Shown piece by piece: positions 1 through 7,856 of a stretch of 60,202 nucleotides of DNA. Under the pieces are notes generated by a model. It was not told the origin of the DNA, searched no databases, and was given only the letters and a program-made list of their open reading frames with translations. The stretch's first letter is position 1, and each line of letters starts with the position of its first letter. Both the position numbers and the translations under genes were made by a program. Source of the DNA: a virus (lineage: Duplodnaviria > Caudoviricetes); the IMG/VR virus record IMGVR_UViG_3300004369_000751, positions 1-60,202 of that record. One strand, 5' to 3'.

Positions 1-99
1 GACCGACTGAACCCATACAAAGGGAAAAGGTCGGCCTTTTTCAGACCTTCGGACTTAAGGGCAGCTTTCCCTTCCTTGGTGTCTGCCCAATTAGTACCT
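1..99. repeat. Terminal direct repeat identical to 60104-60202 (assembly circularisation overlap)
   Basis: The first 99 nt equal the last 99 nt, and a minus-strand ORF reads through the junction without a stop. Confidence 0.95.
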
Positions 100-218
100 T
101 GGCGGATAACTTCGCCAATCTTCAGGTGAATGGCCAAGACTGACTCTTCGCCTTTCTTTAGCTGTGCAGTTAACTTCTCTACAGCAGCGACATTAAGATT
201 CTTTTTCAAATTGCTCAT
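1..218 (-). CDS. N-terminal part of the origin-spanning early protein (continues at 60103 down to 59344; about 325 aa), DUF3102-like HTH
   Basis: ATG at 218 is in frame with ORF 59344-60123 (MSNLKKNLNVAAVEKLTAQLKKGEESVLAIHLKIGEVIRQG...LYGFSRSWAYKLIQAA); A/T-rich TIR and a promoter lie upstream. Confidence 0.8.
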   Translation of the reverse strand, partial: MSNLKKNLNVAAVEKLTAQLKKGEESVLAIHLKIGEVIRQGTNWADTKEGKAALKSEGLKKADLFPLYGFSR

Positions 219-264
219 AACATATGGTATTAAATTACGCGGCATCGTTTGGTCAACCGCTCCG

Positions 265-332
265 CTAAGGTATGTAGACATTTTGAATAAACAAGCACTA
301 AATTGGAATTTGGAGTGTTAAGATTTGTTAAC
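265..332 (-). promoter_or_regulatory. Early promoter (-7 TACCTTAG, -33 TTG, upstream GTTAA-N5-GTTAA box)
   Basis: Same geometry as the promoters at 53316, 56610 and 59230. Confidence 0.6.
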
Positions 333-420
333 GCCTTTATTCGCAAGGGATTGCGGACGTAAAAAAAAATTATGGGTTAGGCTACGGCAGTTTATGGGAG
401 AGAGGGAACACCTGACCTTC

Positions 421-700
421 TGTCATGTCTCTGCCGATTCTCTGCCATTTTGTCAGCACAACACCTGACATTTTGTCAGTCATTCCGTAACAGCATGACA
501 GCAGGGCAGCATGACAGCATGACAGACAGCGGACAGCATGACAGCATGAGCGACAGCATGGCAGCATGACAGCGACAGCATGACAGCAGACAGCAGGCAG
601 GCATCATGGCAGGCAGCAGGCAGCAGGCAGCAGGCAGCAGGCATTCGCAGGCATCCGCATCCGCAGGGGACATGGCAGCAGCGCAGCGCAGCATGGCAGA
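421..700. repeat. Degenerate tandem short repeats (ACAGCATG, GGCAGCA) in the divergent non-coding region
   Basis: Many ACAGCATG/GCAGCAG units, almost T-free on the plus strand; CATTTTGTCAG occurs twice just upstream. Confidence 0.9.
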
Positions 701-833
701 AAAACGCCAAAAAATCGGGAGTAGGGCAGGGCGCAAGCACCCCCCTCCCCACAGAAAACATCGGTTTCACATCGGGCCCGGCCGCGCAGAACCGGGGGGG
801 AACCCAAAGCCTCTTATTATCTCGACCTTTTTG

Positions 834-841
834 TATCTTTG
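834..841 (+). promoter_or_regulatory. Bacteroidota -7 promoter element TATCTTTG
   Basis: TAnnTTTG 14 nt upstream of ATG 856. Confidence 0.7.
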
Positions 842-855
842 TCAAAACACTTGAT

Positions 856-1101
856 ATGAAAAAACCTATGATAATGCGTGGACTGTCTAATGGATTAGAT
901 GTTCGCGGTGGCCGGTTGATTAACAATCGTCCTTGCAGTGTAAATGGAATTCAGAGAGCTGCTGAGATGAAGAGTGCTATGAAGAGGGAGAAGAAGGTGA
1001 GTATGATTGCCGAGGGCATTCGTCGTGCTGAGATGGAGAAGGAGATAGGCAACATGATGATTCTTGGACCTATGAAGCCTATGAAGATGAAGAAGTATTG
1101 A
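856..1101 (+). CDS. Small basic Met/Lys-rich hypothetical protein (81 aa)
   Basis: The true start is probably ATG 856, downstream of the promoter; a terminator follows. Confidence 0.75.
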   Translation: MKKPMIMRGLSNGLDVRGGRLINNRPCSVNGIQRAAEMKSAMKREKKVSMIAEGIRRAEMEKEIGNMMILGPMKPMKMKKY

Positions 1102-1116
1102 TATTAATTTCGACAC

Positions 1117-1143
1117 AAGGGGCTTTATACGGCCCCTTTTTTT
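1117..1143 (+). terminator. Rho-independent terminator
   Basis: AAGGGGC-loop-GCCCCTT followed by a T run. Confidence 0.8.
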
Positions 1144-1183
1144 ATTACATATACTGTTTATATTCTGTAGATATTCTTATAGT

Positions 1184-1354
1184 AGTGTCAATTATTGTCA
1201 TATTAATGTCGTTTTTATGACAGTTAAAATACTAATAATCAATAAGATGTCGAAAATGTCGAAAATAAATGTGAAATGAAATAATAAAAAAAAGTTGCGT
1301 GTGATATTAAAATAGAGAGAGATAGGGAAAGAAGAAAATCGACATAATCGACAT
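1184..1354. other. Origin-like cassette, copy 1 (paired ATGTCGA iterons, AT-rich spacer, inverted TCGACAT pair)
   Basis: ATGTCGA at 1247 and 1256, TCGACAT at 1339 and 1348; homologous to 50516-50686. Confidence 0.6.
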
Positions 1355-1405
1355 TGTTGTTTGGTATAAATCTTTTGCATATATTTGTCGCAAATCTATT
1401 TGCAT

Positions 1406-3031
1406 ATGAATGAAATTGGATACTCACCCAAGGAGCTTATGTTTGGGGATGATGGTCGCAAGCGGTTGCTTAGTGGCATCAAGAAGATGGCCGGTGCTGT
1501 GAAGAGCACGTTAGGTCCAAGTGGCAACACTGTTCTTATTGAGTCGAACAATCATTTAGGCGGTATGACTGTCACCAAGGATGGTGTTACGGTTGCCAAG
1601 TCTGTTGATTTGTTGGACCCGGTAGAGAACTTAGCGGTAAAGATGATGAAGGAAGCTGCTGACCGGACAGCGACAACGGCCGGTGATGGAACGACAACAG
1701 CGATTGTTCTTACTGAGGCCATGGTTGAGAATGGGATGGCGGTTTTAAATGAGAATCCTTCTTTGAACAGGACCGAGGTTTTGCGTCACATGACGAGTAT
1801 TGTTGGCGAGGTGGTGAACATCCTAAAGTCCCGGAAGAAAAAAGTAACAAAGAAGATGCTCTTAGATGTTGCTACCATCTCCGCCAACAACGATAAGGAG
1901 ATTGGTCGAATCATTGCTGAGGTGTATGGGAAGATTGGTACCGATGGGATTGTCACCGTTGAGAAGTCTCAGAGTTCAGAGACGTATGCTGACGTGTCGC
2001 ATGGGTTTATGGTTGAGCGTGGGTACTCGAGCAACTTGTTTGTGAACGACCAAAAGAGGGACGAGGTGATATACGAGGACGTGATGATATTGGTATCGGA
2101 CTCTGAGATTAGCAACATCCTTCAGATTGAGCAGGTGTTAAAGCCGGTGATATCGGAGAACAAGCGTTTGTTAATCATTGCCCCTTGCAGCACGAATGTG
2201 ATAAACACCTTGGCGGCGAACAAGATTAAGAACAACTTGAAGGTGGTTGCAATTCCTCCTCCTCAGTTTGGGTATAAGCAGCACGAGCTTATGAGTGACA
2301 TCGCGGTGAGTGTTGGTGCCACGTACTTTTCTGAGAAGACCGGGGATGATTTGTCGTTGATGACGTTTGCGGACTTGGGTCACGCGAGCAAGGTGGTGGT
2401 GAGTCGCGACAATACGGTGATAGTAAACTCTGCGTTCCGAACAGACTCCGATGAGGTTTCTCAGAGGGTTGCTCAGCTTCGCGGTGCATACGCGGAGGCC
2501 AACAAGAAAGCGGACCGGGACTTCATCTTGAGCAGGATTGCATCTTTGTCCGGTGGAGTAGGGGTGATATACGTAGGTGGAAACACTGACATTGAGCAGA
2601 AGGAGTTGTATGACCGGGTGGACGATGCGGTGTGTGCTGTACGCAGTGCGCTTGAGGAGGGGATTCTTCCCGGTTCGGGCCGAGCTCTGCACTACATCTC
2701 TTCTGAGTTGGCAGACAGGAGTTCGCTTGGCAAGACTCCGGAGTACGATGCGGCCCTTGAGATTATTGTAGCTTCGATTTCTTCTCCATTGAAGCAGATA
2801 CTTGAGAACGCAGGGTACTCCGACTTTAGCTTGTACTTTGAGAAACCAAACATGGGGCCATCTGATGGTGTTTGCTTGAAGACGATGAGGGAGGGGGACT
2901 TGTTTTCTCTTGGTGTTGTCGACCCGATGAAGGTTACGAGGAGTGCGATTCAGAACGCGGTGAGTGTGGCAACTACAATTCTTAGCACCAATGCCATTAT
3001 CACTATGGCTCGCTCTTACGAAACCCAATAA
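1406..3031 (+). CDS. groEL: Phage chaperonin GroEL (Cpn60)
   Basis: Motifs TLGPSG, VTKDGVTVAK, AGDGTTTA and DDAVCAVRSALEEG; -7 TATATTTG at 1380-1387 favours ATG 1406; no C-terminal GGM tail. Confidence 0.97.
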   Translation: MNEIGYSPKELMFGDDGRKRLLSGIKKMAGAVKSTLGPSGNTVLIESNNHLGGMTVTKDGVTVAKSVDLLDPVENLAVKMMKEAADRTATTAGDGTTTAIVLTEAMVENGMAVLNENPSLNRTEVLRHMTSIVGEVVNILKSRKKKVTKKMLLDVATISANNDKEIGRIIAEVYGKIGTDGIVTVEKSQSSETYADVSHGFMVERGYSSNLFVNDQKRDEVIYEDVMILVSDSEISNILQIEQVLKPVISENKRLLIIAPCSTNVINTLAANKIKNNLKVVAIPPPQFGYKQHELMSDIAVSVGATYFSEKTGDDLSLMTFADLGHASKVVVSRDNTVIVNSAFRTDSDEVSQRVAQLRGAYAEANKKADRDFILSRIASLSGGVGVIYVGGNTDIEQKELYDRVDDAVCAVRSALEEGILPGSGRALHYISSELADRSSLGKTPEYDAALEIIVASISSPLKQILENAGYSDFSLYFEKPNMGPSDGVCLKTMREGDLFSLGVVDPMKVTRSAIQNAVSVATTILSTNAIITMARSYETQ

Positions 3032-3042
3032 CTGTTAATCAT

Positions 3043-3465
3043 ATGGCAAAAATTGTAGGGTGCTGCGGCACCGGATGCCCACTTAAGGAAACGTGCTACA
3101 GGTTCTTGGCTCCCAAGACAGCGCGTGGTGAAAACTTTGTAGATGGACCACCTCATTCAAACGGTGAGTGTGATTTCTATTGGGGGGAGACTCCGGGATT
3201 CCGAGTAAAGGAACAGGAAGATGCAACAAAGTTGCAAGAAACTGAGTACAACTATGTGAGTCCGGACCACTATCGTGGCAGTTCATCGGGGATGGAGGTG
3301 TTCGAGATGATGATAGCCATATGGGGCAAGGAGAAGTACATTGCTTTTTGCGAGATGAATGCGTTCAAGTATCGGATGAGGGCCGGCAAGAAGCCCGGGC
3401 AAGCTGCGAGCTTGGACCTTGACAAAGCAAATTGGTATGAGAATCAAATAAAGAAATTGAAATGA
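3043..3465 (+). CDS. Cys-rich N-terminal domain fused to a DUF3310-like domain
   Basis: C-terminal VSPDHY...FCEMNAFKYRMRAGKK...DLDKANWY pattern; N-terminal CCGTGCPLKETCYRF. Confidence 0.75.
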   Translation: MAKIVGCCGTGCPLKETCYRFLAPKTARGENFVDGPPHSNGECDFYWGETPGFRVKEQEDATKLQETEYNYVSPDHYRGSSSGMEVFEMMIAIWGKEKYIAFCEMNAFKYRMRAGKKPGQAASLDLDKANWYENQIKKLK

Positions 3466-3719
3466 AAGCAATAGGAAAGAACATCATTGTGCATACAATT
3501 GAGGAGGAGGTTCGCACAGCTTCCGGTCTTTTGATTAGTGGTGAGGAGGCTCAATCATTGCGGTACCGGAAGGGCCGCGTGGTTATGCCGGGCACCGAGG
3601 TTCAGAACATTATGAAGGGTGACTTGATTTACTATGACACTCGTCAGTCCTACAAGATGTTGATAAAGGATGAGCCTTACACCATTATTCAAGAGCGAGA
3701 CGTTGTTGTGGTTGAGTAG
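3462..3719 (+). CDS. groES: Co-chaperonin GroES (Cpn10)
   Basis: KAIGKNIIV...TASGLLI...G.V...G...KGDLIYY...IIQERDVV; adjacent to groEL. Confidence 0.9.
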   Translation: MKAIGKNIIVHTIEEEVRTASGLLISGEEAQSLRYRKGRVVMPGTEVQNIMKGDLIYYDTRQSYKMLIKDEPYTIIQERDVVVVE

Positions 3720-3964
3720 TTCGTCCCAAATATCTACCAAATTTGCGACGAATAATCGGAAAAACCGATTTATATCCTTTTTTGTTACAGCAAACATCCC
3801 CTTCCGTTCTTTATTTCGAATTCACACATTTTTGGGGGTGTTTGCTTTTTAGTAAGTAAAGCAGTAACTTTGAGCGAAAAGCATCGAAAAGCAATACCTT
3901 TTGCAATTATGACGAAACGTATCTTTTAAGTGAGTTTAAAAATCACCAAACAACTACAAAACGT

Positions 3965-4201
3965 ATGAGCAAATTAATTTTAGAATTTAATATGCCCGAT
4001 GAAGAGCTTGCAGCTCGCCTTGCAATGCAAGGTGAATTGTATGCTGTTGTTTTGAAGGAGCTTGACAAAGAGCTAAGAGATATTACCAAATATGATTACA
4101 ACTCATTCGATGGGCGCAAGCCAACCAATCAAGAAATTAAACTTGCCGAGAAGATTAGAGAGTACCTTCGTGAACAAGGTATTGATGAGTTGTGGAGGTG
4201 A
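3965..4201 (+). CDS. Hypothetical protein
   Basis: ORF with an A-rich TIR; -7 TAACTTTG at 3865-3872. Confidence 0.75.
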   Translation: MSKLILEFNMPDEELAARLAMQGELYAVVLKELDKELRDITKYDYNSFDGRKPTNQEIKLAEKIREYLREQGIDELWR

Positions 4202-4204
4202 GTA

Positions 4205-4756
4205 TTATATAAAGATGTGCTCCAATTTTTTTCCTTTCTTAAGATTTTTTTCAGCTTCAAGAGGTTGGAGGTTGGTGTAGTGCAGCAGTTCTTTTACTTG
4301 TTCTTCTGTTGTTGCTAATCCAAGTGGGATGATGTGGTCGATGTGCCAATATTTACCATAGTTATCCCAAGTCATCCCGGGTTTGAATTGCTTTTCAATA
4401 TGAGCTTTAAAATATTCAATGGTGCACCCAATATACTTTATGGTAGGCTTTGATTTTGTGAGCTGATTTTTTCTTAGTACTGATGATACTTGATTCCTGA
4501 GTATCTTTTTCATCATATACAACTTATTGTTTTTGTATTTATTATAGAGTTTTCTTTGATTTTCTCTTACCTTTTCTGCGTTGTTTTTTTTCCACTCTTT
4601 TATGTTTTGGACTTCACAGTCTCTACACATTCTTCTCCTTGATTGGAGATGTGGTTTTGTTTTTCTAAATCGTTCAATAGGCTTATCGATAAGACAAGTT
4701 TTACAAGCCATCGTTGGCTCCAAACTTTTTTTCTTTTCGTTTTCTGTTGAGCTCAT
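4205..4756 (-). CDS. HNH-like (endonuclease VII type) putative homing endonuclease
   Basis: CxxC...CxxC N-terminus; HIEKQFKPGMTWDNYG..WHIDHIIPL...HYTNLQPL...N; AT-rich relative to its neighbours. Confidence 0.8.
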   Translation of the reverse strand: MSSTENEKKKSLEPTMACKTCLIDKPIERFRKTKPHLQSRRRMCRDCEVQNIKEWKKNNAEKVRENQRKLYNKYKNNKLYMMKKILRNQVSSVLRKNQLTKSKPTIKYIGCTIEYFKAHIEKQFKPGMTWDNYGKYWHIDHIIPLGLATTEEQVKELLHYTNLQPLEAEKNLKKGKKLEHIFI

Positions 4757-5141
4757 GTATGTAGTTTTTGTATACCTTTTCTGTATATCCTACTTTCTTT
4801 GCAAACATCGGGTTGTTCTTTTGGTCAACCGATATATCTTCTCCATTCAGCTTGCTATACAAGCTGCTAATCATTCTTGTTGCTTTTCTTGAGAGCTTGT
4901 AGATTCTTCCTCTTTCTTTTGGGTAGTCTCGTAGTACTTCAATCCACCCATCTCGAAGAAGGTTGTCAAATCTTTTTTTGTCCCACGACAGCAATTTTTC
5001 GTACTCTTGCACATCTGAGCGCATGAAGTACTTTTCCGAGGACAAGAACAGCAGGTACTCGATGTTTTGTTCTGACAATCCATATTTCTTCTTTATGAAA
5101 AACTTAATAGGTCTCCAATACTTAAGGTAATCGTATTTCAT
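4701..5141 (-). CDS. Putative winged-helix transcription regulator
   Basis: YGLSEQNIEYLLFL...FDNLLRDGWIEV...RIYKLSRKA resembles a MarR-type wHTH; own promoter at 5168-5175. Confidence 0.6.
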   Translation of the reverse strand: MKYDYLKYWRPIKFFIKKKYGLSEQNIEYLLFLSSEKYFMRSDVQEYEKLLSWDKKRFDNLLRDGWIEVLRDYPKERGRIYKLSRKATRMISSLYSKLNGEDISVDQKNNPMFAKKVGYTEKVYKNYIHELNRKRKEKKFGANDGL

Positions 5142-5154
5142 TTGATTTTTTTTT

Positions 5155-5175
5155 TACCTTTGTAGTGCAAAGATA
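5155..5175. promoter_or_regulatory. Face-to-face pair of -7 promoter elements
   Basis: TACCTTTG on plus (5155-5162) and TATCTTTG on minus (5168-5175). Confidence 0.65.
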
Positions 5176-5180
5176 GCAAT

Positions 5181-5390
5181 ATGGCTGAGACCAAAAAAAC
5201 TTTATCGGAAGAGATTCGTTCTGTAAACGAGAAGTATGCTAAGCTGAGAGCGGCTCGTTCTAAGGTTCGCTCTGATGCTCACGCAAAGCGCAAGGCTGCT
5301 ATCGGCACCACCAAGAGAAAACAATCTGAAGGGGGGTCCTATGGGCTTCAGCAACTTCAAGGTTTCTCATCATCTAAAAAAACCTCATAA
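5181..5390 (+). CDS. Small basic protein
   Basis: K/R/S-rich ORF immediately after a promoter. Confidence 0.75.
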   Translation: MAETKKTLSEEIRSVNEKYAKLRAARSKVRSDAHAKRKAAIGTTKRKQSEGGSYGLQQLQGFSSSKKTS

Positions 5391-5401
5391 CAACTACAGA
5401 T

Positions 5402-5707
5402 ATGCCAGCAATGCGTAAACCAATGACAAAAGGCCCAATCAAGGGTGCTAAGAAAGCCACAACCGCCAAAGGAAACGGAGATGGCAAAATGAAGCCAATG
5501 AAAGAAAAAGCCGGCGGAGTTACCCGGACTATTTCAAATCGTGGTCAAGATACTTCATACACATACTCTCCGAGAGAGGTTGGTGGAATGTTAAGCAAAA
5601 AAGCGGCTGAGGCTCGTTTTAATAAGGCTTATGATGCTCGTTCTACTGCCTATAAAAAAAGCGTGGAAAGCGGAGCAAGGGCTGCAATGGCTAAAAAGAA
5701 AAAGTAA
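5402..5707 (+). CDS. Small basic protein
   Basis: K-rich, ends KKKK, TAATG coupling to the next gene. Confidence 0.8.
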   Translation: MPAMRKPMTKGPIKGAKKATTAKGNGDGKMKPMKEKAGGVTRTISNRGQDTSYTYSPREVGGMLSKKAAEARFNKAYDARSTAYKKSVESGARAAMAKKKK

Positions 5708-6000
5708 TGGCAAAAATGAAAACAGGTCGTAAATCGGGTGGACCCGGTGACGGCAAAGGAAATGGAGATAGCAAAAAATCATCAGGACCAACATACGAGG
5801 GGTTAAGGCATTTGACGAAGTCCGGAGTTAAGGGACCTGCTACTTTTGCTGATAGCGTTGCGTACCGTCAAGGTTTTGTTCAAGGCAAGATGGGTACCGC
5901 TCCAAAGCCTGTTTCTTTCAAGAGCAAGGTGCTTAGCACAGACTACGCTCGTATGGCCGGCCGCGCCGAAGGAATGCGTGCTCGCACTAAAAAGAAATAA
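5707..6000 (+). CDS. Small basic protein (N-terminus paralogous to 6003-6338)
   Basis: Begins MAKMKTGRKSGGPGDGK. Confidence 0.8.
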   Translation: MAKMKTGRKSGGPGDGKGNGDSKKSSGPTYEGLRHLTKSGVKGPATFADSVAYRQGFVQGKMGTAPKPVSFKSKVLSTDYARMAGRAEGMRARTKKK

Positions 6001-6002
6001 TC

Positions 6003-6338
6003 ATGGCAAGAATGAAAACAGGTCGTAAGTCGGGTGGCCCCGGTGACGGCAAAAAAAATGGTTCACAGCCTGAGCCCACAAATAAGGGTGGGACATATAT
6101 GGCATTTGATAATGGAAGGTTGGCGAGAACTTACGGAAAATCTTCCCCAACGGAGTCTATTGACACTTCAGGTTTTGGCAAAGGCAAAAAGGAATTTCCT
6201 TTTACAACCTCTTACGCAGGATTTAAACCAACAGTTAAATCTGTAAAAAGAGGTGATGTTATGGGAGTAATTTCTAAATTGAAAAAAGGAGCAACAAGGG
6301 TTGAAGATTTTAGAAGCCCAAGTAAAAAGAAGAAGTAA
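6003..6338 (+). CDS. Small basic protein
   Basis: Begins MARMKTGRKSGGPGDGK, ends KKKK. Confidence 0.8.
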   Translation: MARMKTGRKSGGPGDGKKNGSQPEPTNKGGTYMAFDNGRLARTYGKSSPTESIDTSGFGKGKKEFPFTTSYAGFKPTVKSVKRGDVMGVISKLKKGATRVEDFRSPSKKKK

Positions 6339-6733
6339 TGGCCTACACTAAGCCCGAGCTGCGTGAACGCTTGAAGAATCAAGTGATGCGTTCCGGTGAC
6401 GGAGGGAAGCCGGGGCAGTGGTCAGCACGTAAAGCTCAGATACTTTCGAAGAAGTACGAAGATGCCGGTGGTGGATACTCCGGGTCCAAGACAAAAGCTC
6501 AAAAGAGCCTAAGCAAGTGGACTAAGGAGGATTGGGGAACCAAGAGCGGCAAGCCATCTACCCAAGGCCCTAAAGCCACCGGGGAGCGTTACCTCCCGAA
6601 AGCAGCAAGGCAGTCGTTGTCATCCAAGGAGTATGCGGCTACCTCTGCAAAGAAACGGTCGGACACAGCAAAGGGAAAGCAGTTTAGTCAGCAGCCAAAG
6701 TCAATAGCAAAGAAAACCTCAAAGTACAGATGA
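6338..6733 (+). CDS. DUF5872-like basic protein
   Basis: YTKPELRERLK...GGKPGQWSARKAQ...YEDAGGGY...SLSKWTKEDWGT...ERYLPK. Confidence 0.8.
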   Translation: MAYTKPELRERLKNQVMRSGDGGKPGQWSARKAQILSKKYEDAGGGYSGSKTKAQKSLSKWTKEDWGTKSGKPSTQGPKATGERYLPKAARQSLSSKEYAATSAKKRSDTAKGKQFSQQPKSIAKKTSKYR

Positions 6734-6760
6734 GTCTCTTCGAAGAGACTCTTTTTTTTT
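6732..6760 (+). terminator. Terminator formed by 20-bp palindrome copy 1 plus T9
   Basis: GAGTCTCTTCGAAGAGACTC followed by TTTTTTTTT, then -7 TAAATTTG at 6762-6769. Confidence 0.75.
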
Positions 6761-6788
6761 GTAAATTTGTAATCTAAAACCTTTTGAG

Positions 6789-6881
6789 ATGAAATCAGTT
6801 CCTTGCACACACAAAGTTAAGGCCGCTACCTCTTCCAAGAAAATGGGAGGTAAGATGTCTTACGGTTCAAAGAAAAAATAA
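6789..6881 (+). CDS. 30-aa basic peptide (not in the ORF track)
   Basis: MKSVPCTHKVKAATSSKKMGGKMSYGSKKK; fills the gap between the promoter and ORF 6885. Confidence 0.6.
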   Translation: MKSVPCTHKVKAATSSKKMGGKMSYGSKKK

Positions 6882-6884
6882 GTT

Positions 6885-7175
6885 ATGGCCGAAAAGTCAA
6901 AGATGAGCTGTAACCGGCCGGTTCCATCGGACCGTCCGGGGAAGAAGCGTATGGTTAAGGCTTGTGCCAATGGTCAAGAAAAGCTGTTGCACTTTGGTGC
7001 AAAGGGGTATGGCCACAACTATTCTGCTGCGGCTCGTAAATCTTTTAAGGCTCGCCATGGATGCGATACGGCCACCAACAAGTTGACTCCTAAGTATTGG
7101 GCTTGCAAGAATCTTTGGGCCGGCCCGGGTGGGTCCACTCAGAGCAGTCCCAAGGGTAGGAAAGGAAAATATTAG
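6885..7175 (+). CDS. Conserved basic viral protein (DUF5754-like)
   Basis: KKRMVKAC...LHFGAKGY...RKSFKARH.CD...PKYWACKNLW. Confidence 0.75.
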   Translation: MAEKSKMSCNRPVPSDRPGKKRMVKACANGQEKLLHFGAKGYGHNYSAAARKSFKARHGCDTATNKLTPKYWACKNLWAGPGGSTQSSPKGRKGKY

Positions 7176-7187
7176 TATATTTGTCGT

Positions 7188-7370
7188 ATGAAACTGAGCG
7201 AGAAGAGCAAAGGTTTTGGCGATACGGTTGACAAGTTCACCACGGTAACAGGGATTAAGAAAGCTGTGAAAACAGTTGCCGCCTCTGTGGGTGTTGAGGA
7301 TTGTGGCTGTGAGGCAAGGAAAGACTCTTTAAATCGTATGTTTCCTTACGACGTTAAAAAACAAAGATAA
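7188..7370 (+). CDS. Small conserved phage protein
   Basis: SKGFGDTVDKFTTVTGIK...DCGCEARKDSLNRMFPY; -7 element ends 4 nt before the ATG. Confidence 0.8.
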   Translation: MKLSEKSKGFGDTVDKFTTVTGIKKAVKTVAASVGVEDCGCEARKDSLNRMFPYDVKKQR

Positions 7371-7855
7371 TGGCATACTTAAAGTTACAAGTTGGTCGGG
7401 CTCTGCCGGTTGTTCTGAGCGACACCATCAACATTCCTAATCCATCTGCGCCGGTTGGTTCCGGAGCTACTACCGGTACCGGTGGTGGTGGTACTCACCT
7501 TATTGATTCAAGTGCAAACTTCATTACTCAGAACGTAAGGATTGGTGATATCATCTACAATCTTACTGATGGTACTGCTGCAACTGTTTCGAGCATTTTA
7601 AATGCAACGACCATTGTTTGTAGTGCTGCGATATTTTCTGCGAGTCCAAAGAACTATGGCGTGTATCCATCGGCTGCAAATGAAAACGGATGCGTTCTTT
7701 ATGTTGGTACTGCCGGGGATGTTAGGGTTTTGACGATTGGCGGAGACACTGTTACCTTTACTGCTGTTCCGGCCGGCACGTTTATTCCTGTAAGTGTAAA
7801 GAGAGTTTACTCTGCCGGAACCGTAGCTGCTGCAAGCATCTTAGCTCTTTGGTAA
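7370..7855 (+). CDS. Head spike base protein-like (RcGTA Rcc01079 family) with an inserted beta domain
   Basis: LYVGTAGDVRV...TVTFTAVPAGTFIPVSVKRVYSAGT. Confidence 0.7.
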   Translation: MAYLKLQVGRALPVVLSDTINIPNPSAPVGSGATTGTGGGGTHLIDSSANFITQNVRIGDIIYNLTDGTAATVSSILNATTIVCSAAIFSASPKNYGVYPSAANENGCVLYVGTAGDVRVLTIGGDTVTFTAVPAGTFIPVSVKRVYSAGTVAAASILALW

Positions 7856-7856
7856 T

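Noticed and set aside
1-99. The 99-bp end repeat as a biological terminal repeat
   Set aside because: It falls inside an open gene and its length matches a common assembler k-mer, so it most likely reflects circularisation
382-926. Cys/Ala-rich ORFs over the repeat region and the 580-855 extension of the 856 gene
   Set aside because: Artefacts of T-poor low-complexity repeats; a promoter at 834 supports the start at 856
2171-3028. 285-aa ORF antisense to groEL (likewise 48772-49545 antisense to the primase)
   Set aside because: Shadow ORFs produced by codon bias, with no TIR or recognisable motifs
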